A stretch of DNA of 32,000 bases, from positions 1,380,001-1,412,000 of the forward strand of contig NZ_CP013011.1 of assembly GCF_001412615.1 (NCBI RefSeq). The letters are read 5' to 3'. Numbering within the stretch: position 1 is the stretch's first letter; every line of letters starts with the position of its first letter. Position numbers and translations under genes: made by a program. Of the stretch, positions 16,775-23,948 are shown in pieces. A model generated the notes under the pieces. That model did no database searches. It saw only the letters and a program-made list of their open reading frames with translations, and had not been told where the DNA came from. This DNA comes from Pyrodictium delaneyi. Lineage in GTDB: Archaea; Thermoproteota; Thermoprotei_A; Sulfolobales; Pyrodictiaceae.

Positions 16775-16989
16775 TCCAGGGGCACCTCCTTCTTCTCTGG
16801 CAGGCTGCTAGTAGTTGCTGCACTCCTTATTGTACAAGACTGACCGTTGAGGAATATATCCATGTAGCGTAGGGGCTATAACATGTATCGAGATATAGAC
16901 CGGGGATCAATTTATATTATGCATGGTCTATAGCTTTTCAGCATGTATTAACGTTACACTGCTTCTCCGGGGCTTAGGCCTAATAGGCT

Positions 16990-18015
16990 TTGGCCCCCGG
17001 CGGCCTCCCGGGGGATGGTGTAGGCGCCTTGCCGAGGATTGTCGAGGAGCAGGCGGCCCGCGTAGCGGTGGCCATAATGCGGGCTGTGGGCAGCTACAGG
17101 CCCGATGCGTTTACGGACCCGCGCTACTACCCCGACGTGGGCAGCGACCCGGAGACTGTGGCGCGGTATTTCCTCGTCATGGTGGCTATGGATCACCGTC
17201 TCTCGAGGCCTGGCCGCCCCTACGAGGCGGTGGTTGAGGGGGAGAGGTTCCACGGCGCTGATCTCCTCTACAGGCTTGGCCGACTGATGCTAGACCGCGA
17301 CCCGGGCTTCTATAGCCCCGAGAGGCTAGCACGAGTGACCGTCGAGGATGTGAAGCGCTGGTTATGCGTGGGCAACGTTTGCCCGCCGGACCCCGAGGCG
17401 AGGACAGCGCTACTCCGTGACCTGGGCTCTAAGCTCCAGAGGCTCTACGGGGGCAGCGCCACCAGGCTCCTAGAGGAGAGTAGAGGGATGCTCCACACCT
17501 GGGACCCCGCAGGCCCGGGGCTAGTGGAGAGGCTAAGGGTCTTCGAGGCCTACGGTGACCCGGTGGAGAAGAAGCCGATGCTGCTCGCCAAGTTCCTGGA
17601 GAGGCGGGGGCTGCTAGAGATACGTGACCCGTGGAACAAGAGGGTCCCCGTGGACAATCATCTCACCCGTATAGCTCTCCGTCTGGGCCTAGTGGAGCTC
17701 GAGCCCAGCCTACAGAGAAAGGTCGAGGAGCAGACGGATACGACGCCCTGGGAGGACGTACTAATCCGCACAGCGGTACGGGAGGCCTGGCATCTAGTAG
17801 CCCGGTACGCAGGCGTAGACGAGTTTATCCTCGACGACCTCCTCTGGACCATGGGGAGGAAGCTCTGCATACACGACAGGCCGCGCTGCACAGGCTGCCA
17901 GGGCCACGAAATGTGTAGCCAGGGCGAGTGTATCTTCCGCAATGTGTGCCCTACAGGGCTGGGTCTGAGGAGACCATTGGAGGAGCATAGGTTCCTAAAC
18001 ACCTGGTGGTACTAG
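16990..18015 (+). CDS. HhH-GPD-superfamily-like protein with endonuclease III-type [4Fe-4S] cluster loop (putative DNA/nucleoside glycosylase)
   Basis: VPVDNHLTRIALRLGLV resembles the VDTH..R...R.G helix of Nth/MutY. The C-terminal CIHDRPRCTGCQGHEMC is exactly C-x6-C-x2-C-x5-C. The start is uncertain (TTG 16990, TTG 17029 or ATG 17077). Confidence 0.65.
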   Translation: MAPGGLPGDGVGALPRIVEEQAARVAVAIMRAVGSYRPDAFTDPRYYPDVGSDPETVARYFLVMVAMDHRLSRPGRPYEAVVEGERFHGADLLYRLGRLMLDRDPGFYSPERLARVTVEDVKRWLCVGNVCPPDPEARTALLRDLGSKLQRLYGGSATRLLEESRGMLHTWDPAGPGLVERLRVFEAYGDPVEKKPMLLAKFLERRGLLEIRDPWNKRVPVDNHLTRIALRLGLVELEPSLQRKVEEQTDTTPWEDVLIRTAVREAWHLVARYAGVDEFILDDLLWTMGRKLCIHDRPRCTGCQGHEMCSQGECIFRNVCPTGLGLRRPLEEHRFLNTWWY

Positions 18016-18186
18016 CCCCTACGGGGCCGGTGAGGACCAGCTCTTTGGCTACCACTGTAGCCCTGCGACCCCGGGCGATGACGAGTCCTGGCCTTACCGA
18101 GGCCCACAGTATATACCCCATGCTCGTATTGCATGTGGTGTGTCAGCTTCATGATGCACTGCACCAAGAAGGGTGTAAGCTAGGGT

Positions 18187-18651
18187 TTACCATGCTATTG
18201 TTATTCCCAGCTTTGAGGCCACGTAGGCTAGGTCCCTATCACCCGTGGCTATAGGCGCTCTATGCTTCTGCGCTAGCACTATCACTGTTGAGTCTACTAT
18301 GCTTAGCCTCCTTCTCTTCAGACCAGGGTCCTCCGCATCACGGAGTAGACTGTCCCCCTTATGCTTTATCTCGGCCGCTTTCACCCAGTCGATTAGGTCC
18401 AGGTTCTCTACCCTGAAGTACCGGGTTAGGAAGGTCACGACCTCCTCTAGCGACGTAAGGACGGGTATCCTGCCTCTACGCCAGTGGACGATATACTCGT
18501 AAGCCACTGTCACCGGTAGCAGCCCCACTATACGTCCTCTCCTAACGTCTTGGAGTAGCTGTGACGCTTTTTCGCCCAACTCCCCGAAAGCCATTGCTAG
18601 GAGCACGTAGGTGTCTACTATGACCTTTCTAGGCTTCTCTTCCTCCACCAC
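18187..18651 (-). CDS. vapC: PIN-domain ribonuclease toxin VapC
   Basis: KVIVDTYVLL.. near the N-terminus and ..IVDSTVIVLAQ...IATGDRDL carry the acidic PIN residues. It overlaps the upstream AbrB gene by 34 nt. A GGAGGAGG motif precedes the GTG. Confidence 0.85.
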   Translation of the reverse strand: MVEEEKPRKVIVDTYVLLAMAFGELGEKASQLLQDVRRGRIVGLLPVTVAYEYIVHWRRGRIPVLTSLEEVVTFLTRYFRVENLDLIDWVKAAEIKHKGDSLLRDAEDPGLKRRRLSIVDSTVIVLAQKHRAPIATGDRDLAYVASKLGITIAW

Positions 18652-18875
18652 GCCTCCTCCTCTCCATCGAGTTCCTCCTCGGCTGCTTCTGCCGAGCCTC
18701 TGCAGCAGCCCCAGACACGCTCCCAGAGATCTAGGGGCCGGAGCACTATCTCTCCATCCCTGGTCTCCACTTCTAGTAAAGAGCCCTCCACGAGGTGTAG
18801 GGCCTCCCGTACCGCCTTAGGCAGCACTATGACCCCTTTCCTGCCTACGCGGACAACTAGGCCCACTGGTCGCAC
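18618..18875 (-). CDS. vapB: AbrB/SpoVT-family antitoxin VapB
   Basis: VRVGRKGVIVLPKAVREALHLVEGSLLEVETRDGEIVLRP is a swapped-hairpin AbrB/MazE fold signature. Confidence 0.8.
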   Translation of the reverse strand: MRPVGLVVRVGRKGVIVLPKAVREALHLVEGSLLEVETRDGEIVLRPLDLWERVWGCCRGSAEAAEEELDGEEEAWWRKRSLERS

Positions 18876-18899
18876 CGATAGGTTAGACTATAGGGTCCT

Positions 18900-18911
18900 C
18901 CATATAGGTTT
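18900..18911 (-). promoter_or_regulatory. TATA-like box (minus strand AAACCTATATGG) for vapBC
   Basis: Lies 25-36 nt upstream of the GTG at 18875, consistent with a short-leader or leaderless archaeal transcript. Confidence 0.4.
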
Positions 18912-19073
18912 GACCCGGGGAGCTCCACGGCCCCAGCTAGGGGCACCAGGTACCGCTATGCCGCACTTGGCGTGAGTCCTTTGTGCCGTATCGCGTGTCT
19001 TCGTTGCGACAATATCGTCCCCTGGCGCTGATGCCCTCTGGAGTCCGCTACACACCAGTATCTGTACCCAGGC

Positions 19074-20033
19074 TTGCCAGGAGGCTGGGCTACTGCCTCC
19101 AATGGTATGCCGAAGCAGGAGTGTTGCCCCGGCTCTAGGCCTCCCCGCAGGCTGCATAAAGTGCTGACACGGGTGCTGCTACGGCTGGTGCTCTGGGGGT
19201 TGGCTCCGCGAGGCCGCGGGCTGGTAGTCTACATGAGTGATTTTGGGTGGCGTGATCCCTACGTGGGGATAGTCAAGGGTGTAATAGAGTCGATCGGCAT
19301 GGGGAGGATAAGAGTAATTGATCTAACACACGATATTGCCGTGTTTAGCGTGATCTCGGGGGCCTACGTGCTCTATACGAGCTACCGGTACTACCCGCCC
19401 GGCACCGTGTTCCTAGCCGTGGTAGACCCGGGCGTGGGGACCGAGAGGAAGCCGGTCGCAATAGAGACTCGGAACTACTACTTCGTTGGCCCAGATAACG
19501 GGCTCCTCTACCCAGCCGCAGCTGAGGACGGGATACTCCGCGTCCACGTGCTCGACAACGAGGCCGTTTACCGGAAGCCCGTCTCCATGAGCTTCCACGG
19601 CCGCGACATCTTCTCCCCTGCTGCTGCGCTGCTAGCTCTCGGAGTCGGGATAGAGGCCCTAGGGAGCCCCATGGAGCCCGGGGAGCTGGTGAAGCTCAGC
19701 CTCCGCAAGCAATGCAGTGGGACCGAGGAGGAAATAGAGGCTGAGGTGGTCTACATAGACCGGTTCGGGAACGCAGCGCTCGGCCTGGAACGGGGCTGCC
19801 TCAACACGCTCTGCCGCTGGGGCGAGGTAGAGGTTGTATCGGGGAAGAGGAAGAGAAGAGCCCGCTGCCTACCAGTCTTCAGCCACGCTGAACCCGGCGA
19901 GCTAGTATTCTACATGAACAGCCTCGGGTTCCCGGAGCTAGCAGTAAACCTGGGCAGCGCCGCGGAGGAGCTTGGGCTCCAGGTGGGCAGCCGGGTGGTA
20001 ATGCGCCCAGTCCAGGCCAAGGAGAAGCCTTAG
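19074..20033 (+). CDS. S-adenosyl-L-methionine hydroxide adenosyltransferase (DUF62 / SAM hydrolase family)
   Basis: YMSDFGWRDPYVGIVKGVI, AVVDPGVGTERKP, FVGPDNGLL, SFHGRDIFSPAAA and VVYIDRFGNA are the family blocks. The conserved core begins near residue 50, so the real start is probably internal (GTG ~19187 or ATG 19233). Confidence 0.85.
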   Translation: MPGGWATASNGMPKQECCPGSRPPRRLHKVLTRVLLRLVLWGLAPRGRGLVVYMSDFGWRDPYVGIVKGVIESIGMGRIRVIDLTHDIAVFSVISGAYVLYTSYRYYPPGTVFLAVVDPGVGTERKPVAIETRNYYFVGPDNGLLYPAAAEDGILRVHVLDNEAVYRKPVSMSFHGRDIFSPAAALLALGVGIEALGSPMEPGELVKLSLRKQCSGTEEEIEAEVVYIDRFGNAALGLERGCLNTLCRWGEVEVVSGKRKRRARCLPVFSHAEPGELVFYMNSLGFPELAVNLGSAAEELGLQVGSRVVMRPVQAKEKP

Positions 20034-20084
20034 AGCCCAGCAAACCCCCGGGTACCGGGGCGGGGACAGCCGAGGCGAGGAGAC

Positions 20085-20324
20085 GTGGCAGGCAGTATAG
20101 ACGGCCTCCTGGAGAAGCTCCGGGGCCTCGGGCTAGAAGCTGCACCAGAGGATGGCCGGCTACGTATACGCGGCGGGCGGGGCTTCAGCCTAGCAGACCT
20201 ACCCCGGGAACTCCTAGAGGAGCTAAAGACCTTCGAGGAGATAGTCGTGGAGGCGCCGGAGGGCTACTACTTCTACTTCAGAAGAAAGGATGTCGAGAAG
20301 CTGCTCGAGATAAAGAATGGCTAG
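20085..20324 (+). CDS. small hypothetical protein
   Basis: 79-aa ORF with protein-like composition. GAGGAG lies just upstream of the GTG. Its TAG stop shares the tetranucleotide CTAG with the stop of the convergent chelatase gene. Confidence 0.5.
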   Translation: MAGSIDGLLEKLRGLGLEAAPEDGRLRIRGGRGFSLADLPRELLEELKTFEEIVVEAPEGYYFYFRRKDVEKLLEIKNG

Positions 20325-22324
20325 CCGGCGGAGACTACGCGGGCTTTTAGCAGCCTTGCTAGCAGGCCCGTATAGTCTAGCAGCCTCATGCTCTTAGCAC
20401 TCTTCGTGTCGTATATGACTGCTTCTACCCCTAGCCGGCGTAGCTCTGCCGCAAGGGCCACAAGGTCGTCCTCGATGCTATCCGATAGGGGTACGTTGGC
20501 CCTGCCATCGGTGACCAGGTGGAGCACGATACGTGCACCCGGCCTCTTTAGCCGGAATAGCCGAGCCAGCCTGGCCGCCTCTAGTAGTGCCGCGGGGAGC
20601 GGAGTAGAACCCCCTACAGCTATGCCGTCTATAGCTTCTATGAGTCTTCTATAGCTGCGTGTAGGCTGTACTATCGTCTGGGCGCTGCTGCCCTGGAAGG
20701 CTATGAGGGCTGGCCAGGCTCGCTCAACGTAGCTGCTACGGGCTAGTCCCTCGGCTATAGCCTTCGCCGCAGCGAGCCGATTCTCAGCGTACATGCTGCC
20801 ACTGGCATCTAGCAGGATTATGTGTAGGCTCTGAGGCTTCTCACGCCGCAGCCTAACCCGGACATCCCAGTGAGTCGGTTTTGCAGCTCCGCGCTGTAGT
20901 GCCGCACGGAGAGTCGCATAGAGGTCTACATCCCATGCTTCTAGCCCGCGGAGGGGCGGCATAGAGTCTACAGGGTATCCTTGTGCACCGGGGCGTAGCC
21001 GGTAGCTGCGCCTTCCATGCCCTAGGCTTCGCCGTTTGCCTCCCAGTCTGCTCGGCGGAGACATCGGGAACAATGAGGCCTGGGGCTCGGCATTAACGTC
21101 GCCGAGCCGGGCTAGAGGCCTCATGCTGGACGATGCTCCCCCACCACCTATCTCAGCGCCCCCGCCTGGCTCTCCGCCGCTATTGCCGCCTCCCCCTGTG
21201 CCGCTGGCAGCCACTTGCTCGCCGCCGTGCTGTGCCCCTGCCTCGGCGCTTCTACTGCCCTGGGGCTCTGGCTTGTCTTCCACATGGAGCTGGTCTAGTT
21301 GTTGGAGGAGCTTCTGCAGCTTTTGCTCAGGGTTCTCGAAGGGGTGTGAACGTAGCCTATGCGGCAGCGCTAGCTCCATAGCCCTCTTGACGTCGTCGAG
21401 CGATACTCTCTCGCGGCCGTCTAGTGCTGCTAGAGCCCTGGCCGTGCGTACGACTGTTATCTCGGCCCTATGGGTTCTTATCCCGAGCTTGACCACGGTC
21501 TCTGCTATGAGGCGTAGGAGGCTCCGCGGCATCTCAACCCTCGACAGTAGCTCGCGAGCCCGGATTATCCTCTGGCGTAGCTTCTCCTCGCTCTCCTCGA
21601 ACCGCTTCATAAAGCCTATCGGGTCACGGTGGAACTCCTCGACCCTCTCTACTATCAGCATCCTCTCCTCCGGGTCCTGGGAGGCCATGACCTCTACGTA
21701 GAGGCCGAAACGGTCTAGGAGCTGAGGCCTTAGCTCGCCCTCTTCCGGGTTCATGCTGCCGACTAGTATGAAGCGAGCTGGGTGCCGGACCGAGAACCCT
21801 TCCCTCTCCACGGTGTTCCAGCCGGTGGCCGCGGCGTCCAGTATAATGTCGGCTATGTAGTCGTCGAGGAGGTTAACCTCGTCTATGTAGAGTATATTCC
21901 GGTTAGCCTCTGCCAGCAGCCCAGGCTTGAAGACGACGCGGCCCTCTCGCAGCGCGGCCTCGACATCGATGCTCCCGACGAGCCTATCAACGCTTATGCT
22001 TAGTGGCAGGTCTATGACCCTCATAGGCCTCCATTCTATCTCCGGCTTCTCACCACGTAGCCAGGCCTCGTAGTGGGTGTCGCACATCTCCCTGGGATCG
22101 AAGGGGTTGCAGCCGTAGGGGCACCCCTTGACAACAGGTATCTCCGGCAAGACCTGGGCTAGGCTGCGGACGAGCGTGGTCTTCCCCGTGCCCTTATCGC
22201 CTACTAGCAGTACGCCGCCTATACCGGGGTCTACTGCTGCTGCTAGTAGCGCCGTCTTAGCCTTCTCCATCCCGACTATAGCGGTGAACGGGAAGTATAT
22301 CCTCCTAGCCCGCCTAGCGTCCAT
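20321..22324 (-). CDS. fused ChlI/ChlD-type chelatase subunit: AAA+ ATPase, Gly/Pro-rich linker, vWA (MIDAS) domain
   Basis: Walker A is GDKGTGKTT and Walker B is LYIDEVNLL. BchI-like Cys insert CPYGCNPFDPREMC. Linker GGGNSGGEPGGGAEIGGGGASS. vWA with LLDASGSM. The start overlaps the end of cobN by 11 nt. Confidence 0.9.
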   Translation of the reverse strand: MDARRARRIYFPFTAIVGMEKAKTALLAAAVDPGIGGVLLVGDKGTGKTTLVRSLAQVLPEIPVVKGCPYGCNPFDPREMCDTHYEAWLRGEKPEIEWRPMRVIDLPLSISVDRLVGSIDVEAALREGRVVFKPGLLAEANRNILYIDEVNLLDDYIADIILDAAATGWNTVEREGFSVRHPARFILVGSMNPEEGELRPQLLDRFGLYVEVMASQDPEERMLIVERVEEFHRDPIGFMKRFEESEEKLRQRIIRARELLSRVEMPRSLLRLIAETVVKLGIRTHRAEITVVRTARALAALDGRERVSLDDVKRAMELALPHRLRSHPFENPEQKLQKLLQQLDQLHVEDKPEPQGSRSAEAGAQHGGEQVAASGTGGGGNSGGEPGGGAEIGGGGASSSMRPLARLGDVNAEPQASLFPMSPPSRLGGKRRSLGHGRRSYRLRPGAQGYPVDSMPPLRGLEAWDVDLYATLRAALQRGAAKPTHWDVRVRLRREKPQSLHIILLDASGSMYAENRLAAAKAIAEGLARSSYVERAWPALIAFQGSSAQTIVQPTRSYRRLIEAIDGIAVGGSTPLPAALLEAARLARLFRLKRPGARIVLHLVTDGRANVPLSDSIEDDLVALAAELRRLGVEAVIYDTKSAKSMRLLDYTGLLARLLKARVVSAG

Positions 22325-23948
22325 GCGTTCCGCTCACCTTCCGGGCTAGCTTGAGTGATGTGCGTATCCACTTGAGTGCCTCTCCGGCTGCCCGGCTAGC
22401 CTCCGTCCAGGCGGGGACGTCGCTGCTCGTGTAGACCCAAACCTCACCGGCCTGGGCCATACCGGAGGAGAACTCGCCCTCCAGGAGCGACTCGACCTCG
22501 ATCCGCGCCCTCTGGAGCACCCTGAGGGCCTCGGGGCTGGGCCTCCATAGCCCTCTCTCGGCCGCCTCGAGGAGGCGGCGGGTTATCTCCTCGAGCGCAT
22601 AGGGGTTGTTCTCCCTCAACCACCTCCGGTTATCCTCGTCGCCCAGGTACGTCAGTGTTATCTGGTCCCATACCTTGTCCGGGACCGCTCGGGTCGTCGC
22701 GTGCCACCCGTAGAGGTTCTGTATCTTCTTCATAGCCTCGGCTGCGCCGCGATAGCCATGCCTCTTCATGGCCTCGATCCAGCGGGGGTTCAGAATCTTG
22801 GCGTAGGCGACCCGCAATAGCTCGTCCCGCATCTCCCGGAGCCGGGGGCGGAGGGGCTCGCGGGTATCCATGACGAAGTTTAGCGGGTCACGTCCCCTAA
22901 CAGTCTTGACGAGGACGTGCATACCGCCCTGGTAGGCAAAGTAACAGCAGCAATTGATGGGATCATGCTCATCGCTCATATGGTTCCTAGCTACTACGTC
23001 TATCCTAGAGGCTTGGAGAACCAGCGCCCTAGCCGCCGCGGGCGAAGTCTCTCCTCGTAGCCTCCGGGTATAGGGGTGGGCGCTCCACTGGAGCCACGTC
23101 CTAGCCAGGTCCTCCTCGCTACGCCACGCAGATGCGAATATCGCGTAGTTCACCCCGGCACCATAGGCGCCCGGCGGGGCGCTCCACACACGTACACGTG
23201 CTAGCTCCCTTGCCTCGTCCTCTGTTGCGCCACTCTCGCGGAGCTTCTCGAGGAACTCGAGGTAGTGGCGGCGCGGATAGTTCAGCTCAGGAGGCTCATC
23301 CAGCGCTACAACCTTCTCCACTGCCTCGTCTATCAGGCTTATGTAGTTGGGCAGTGTGTCACGGACAATACCGCTTATACGCACAGTCACGTCTATCCTT
23401 GGCCGCCCCAGCTCCCGGAGCGGTATGACCTCTACGCCTCTCACCCTGCCACTAGCATCCCAGACTGGCCGGACACCAAGCAGGTAGAGTATTCGGGCAA
23501 GCTGCTCACCGTCAGCCTTATAGGCGTCTATACTCCAGAGAACCTCCCCCACAGTCTCCGGATAGCGGCCTAGCCTCCTCCGGGCCTCTTCGAGGAGTTG
23601 CCTAGCAGTCTCGACTCCGAGCCTCCAGGCCGCCCGGGTCGGGACACCAGTAGGGTCCACTGCGTAGAAGTTCCGGCCCGTCGGGAGCACGTCTATCTTG
23701 CCGCGGGTCAGCGAGCCTGAGGGACCTGGCTCGACGTAGCCGCCCGAGAGGCCAGTAAGCAACCCCTCCATTTCGTGGCGGCCGCTACTTCTATAGAGCC
23801 TTGCGAGTACAAGCGCCTTCCTGAAAGCCTCTAGAGTCTCTGGCTTCAAGGCCTTATGCCCCCTCCCGCGCAGAATCAACAACAATGCCTTGCAGGAGCT
23901 CGGGCGTGAGTTTCTCGGGCTCAACTCCCATGGATATGAGCTTCTCAA
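22314..23948 (-). CDS. cobN: cobaltochelatase-type large subunit CobN, C-terminal portion (frame-split)
   Basis: LLTGLSGGYVEPGPSGSLTRGKIDVLPTGRNFYAVDP and the downstream CobN blocks are present. Homology only begins about 30 codons after the nominal start, i.e. in the region overlapping the upstream fragment. Confidence 0.85.
   Translation of the reverse strand: MRSSYPWELSPRNSRPSSCKALLLILRGRGHKALKPETLEAFRKALVLARLYRSSGRHEMEGLLTGLSGGYVEPGPSGSLTRGKIDVLPTGRNFYAVDPTGVPTRAAWRLGVETARQLLEEARRRLGRYPETVGEVLWSIDAYKADGEQLARILYLLGVRPVWDASGRVRGVEVIPLRELGRPRIDVTVRISGIVRDTLPNYISLIDEAVEKVVALDEPPELNYPRRHYLEFLEKLRESGATEDEARELARVRVWSAPPGAYGAGVNYAIFASAWRSEEDLARTWLQWSAHPYTRRLRGETSPAAARALVLQASRIDVVARNHMSDEHDPINCCCYFAYQGGMHVLVKTVRGRDPLNFVMDTREPLRPRLREMRDELLRVAYAKILNPRWIEAMKRHGYRGAAEAMKKIQNLYGWHATTRAVPDKVWDQITLTYLGDEDNRRWLRENNPYALEEITRRLLEAAERGLWRPSPEALRVLQRARIEVESLLEGEFSSGMAQAGEVWVYTSSDVPAWTEASRAAGEALKWIRTSLKLARKVSGTHGR

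Noticed and set aside
11621-16960. Integrated provirus or plasmid with identifiable integrase and att sites
   Set aside because: No tyrosine or serine recombinase, transposase or tRNA fragment could be found in any frame. Only compositional and gene-content hints remain, so it is reported as a hypothesis rather than a mobile-element feature.
16923-17253. ORFs 16923..17237 (+) and 16954..17253 (-)
   Set aside because: They overlap the 5' region of the glycosylase-like gene in other frames. Gly/Arg/Pro-rich, so likely spurious.
18888-19157. 89-aa minus-strand ORF in the vapB / SAM-enzyme intergenic region
   Set aside because: Arg/Ala/Gly-rich with no motifs. It overlaps the promoter region of vapBC and the 5' end of the DUF62 gene.
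21036-21701. 221-aa plus-strand ORF (and 21133..21381, 20388..20654, 21782..22003)
   Set aside because: Antisense to the ChlI/ChlD gene. Pro/Ser-rich composition with no motifs.
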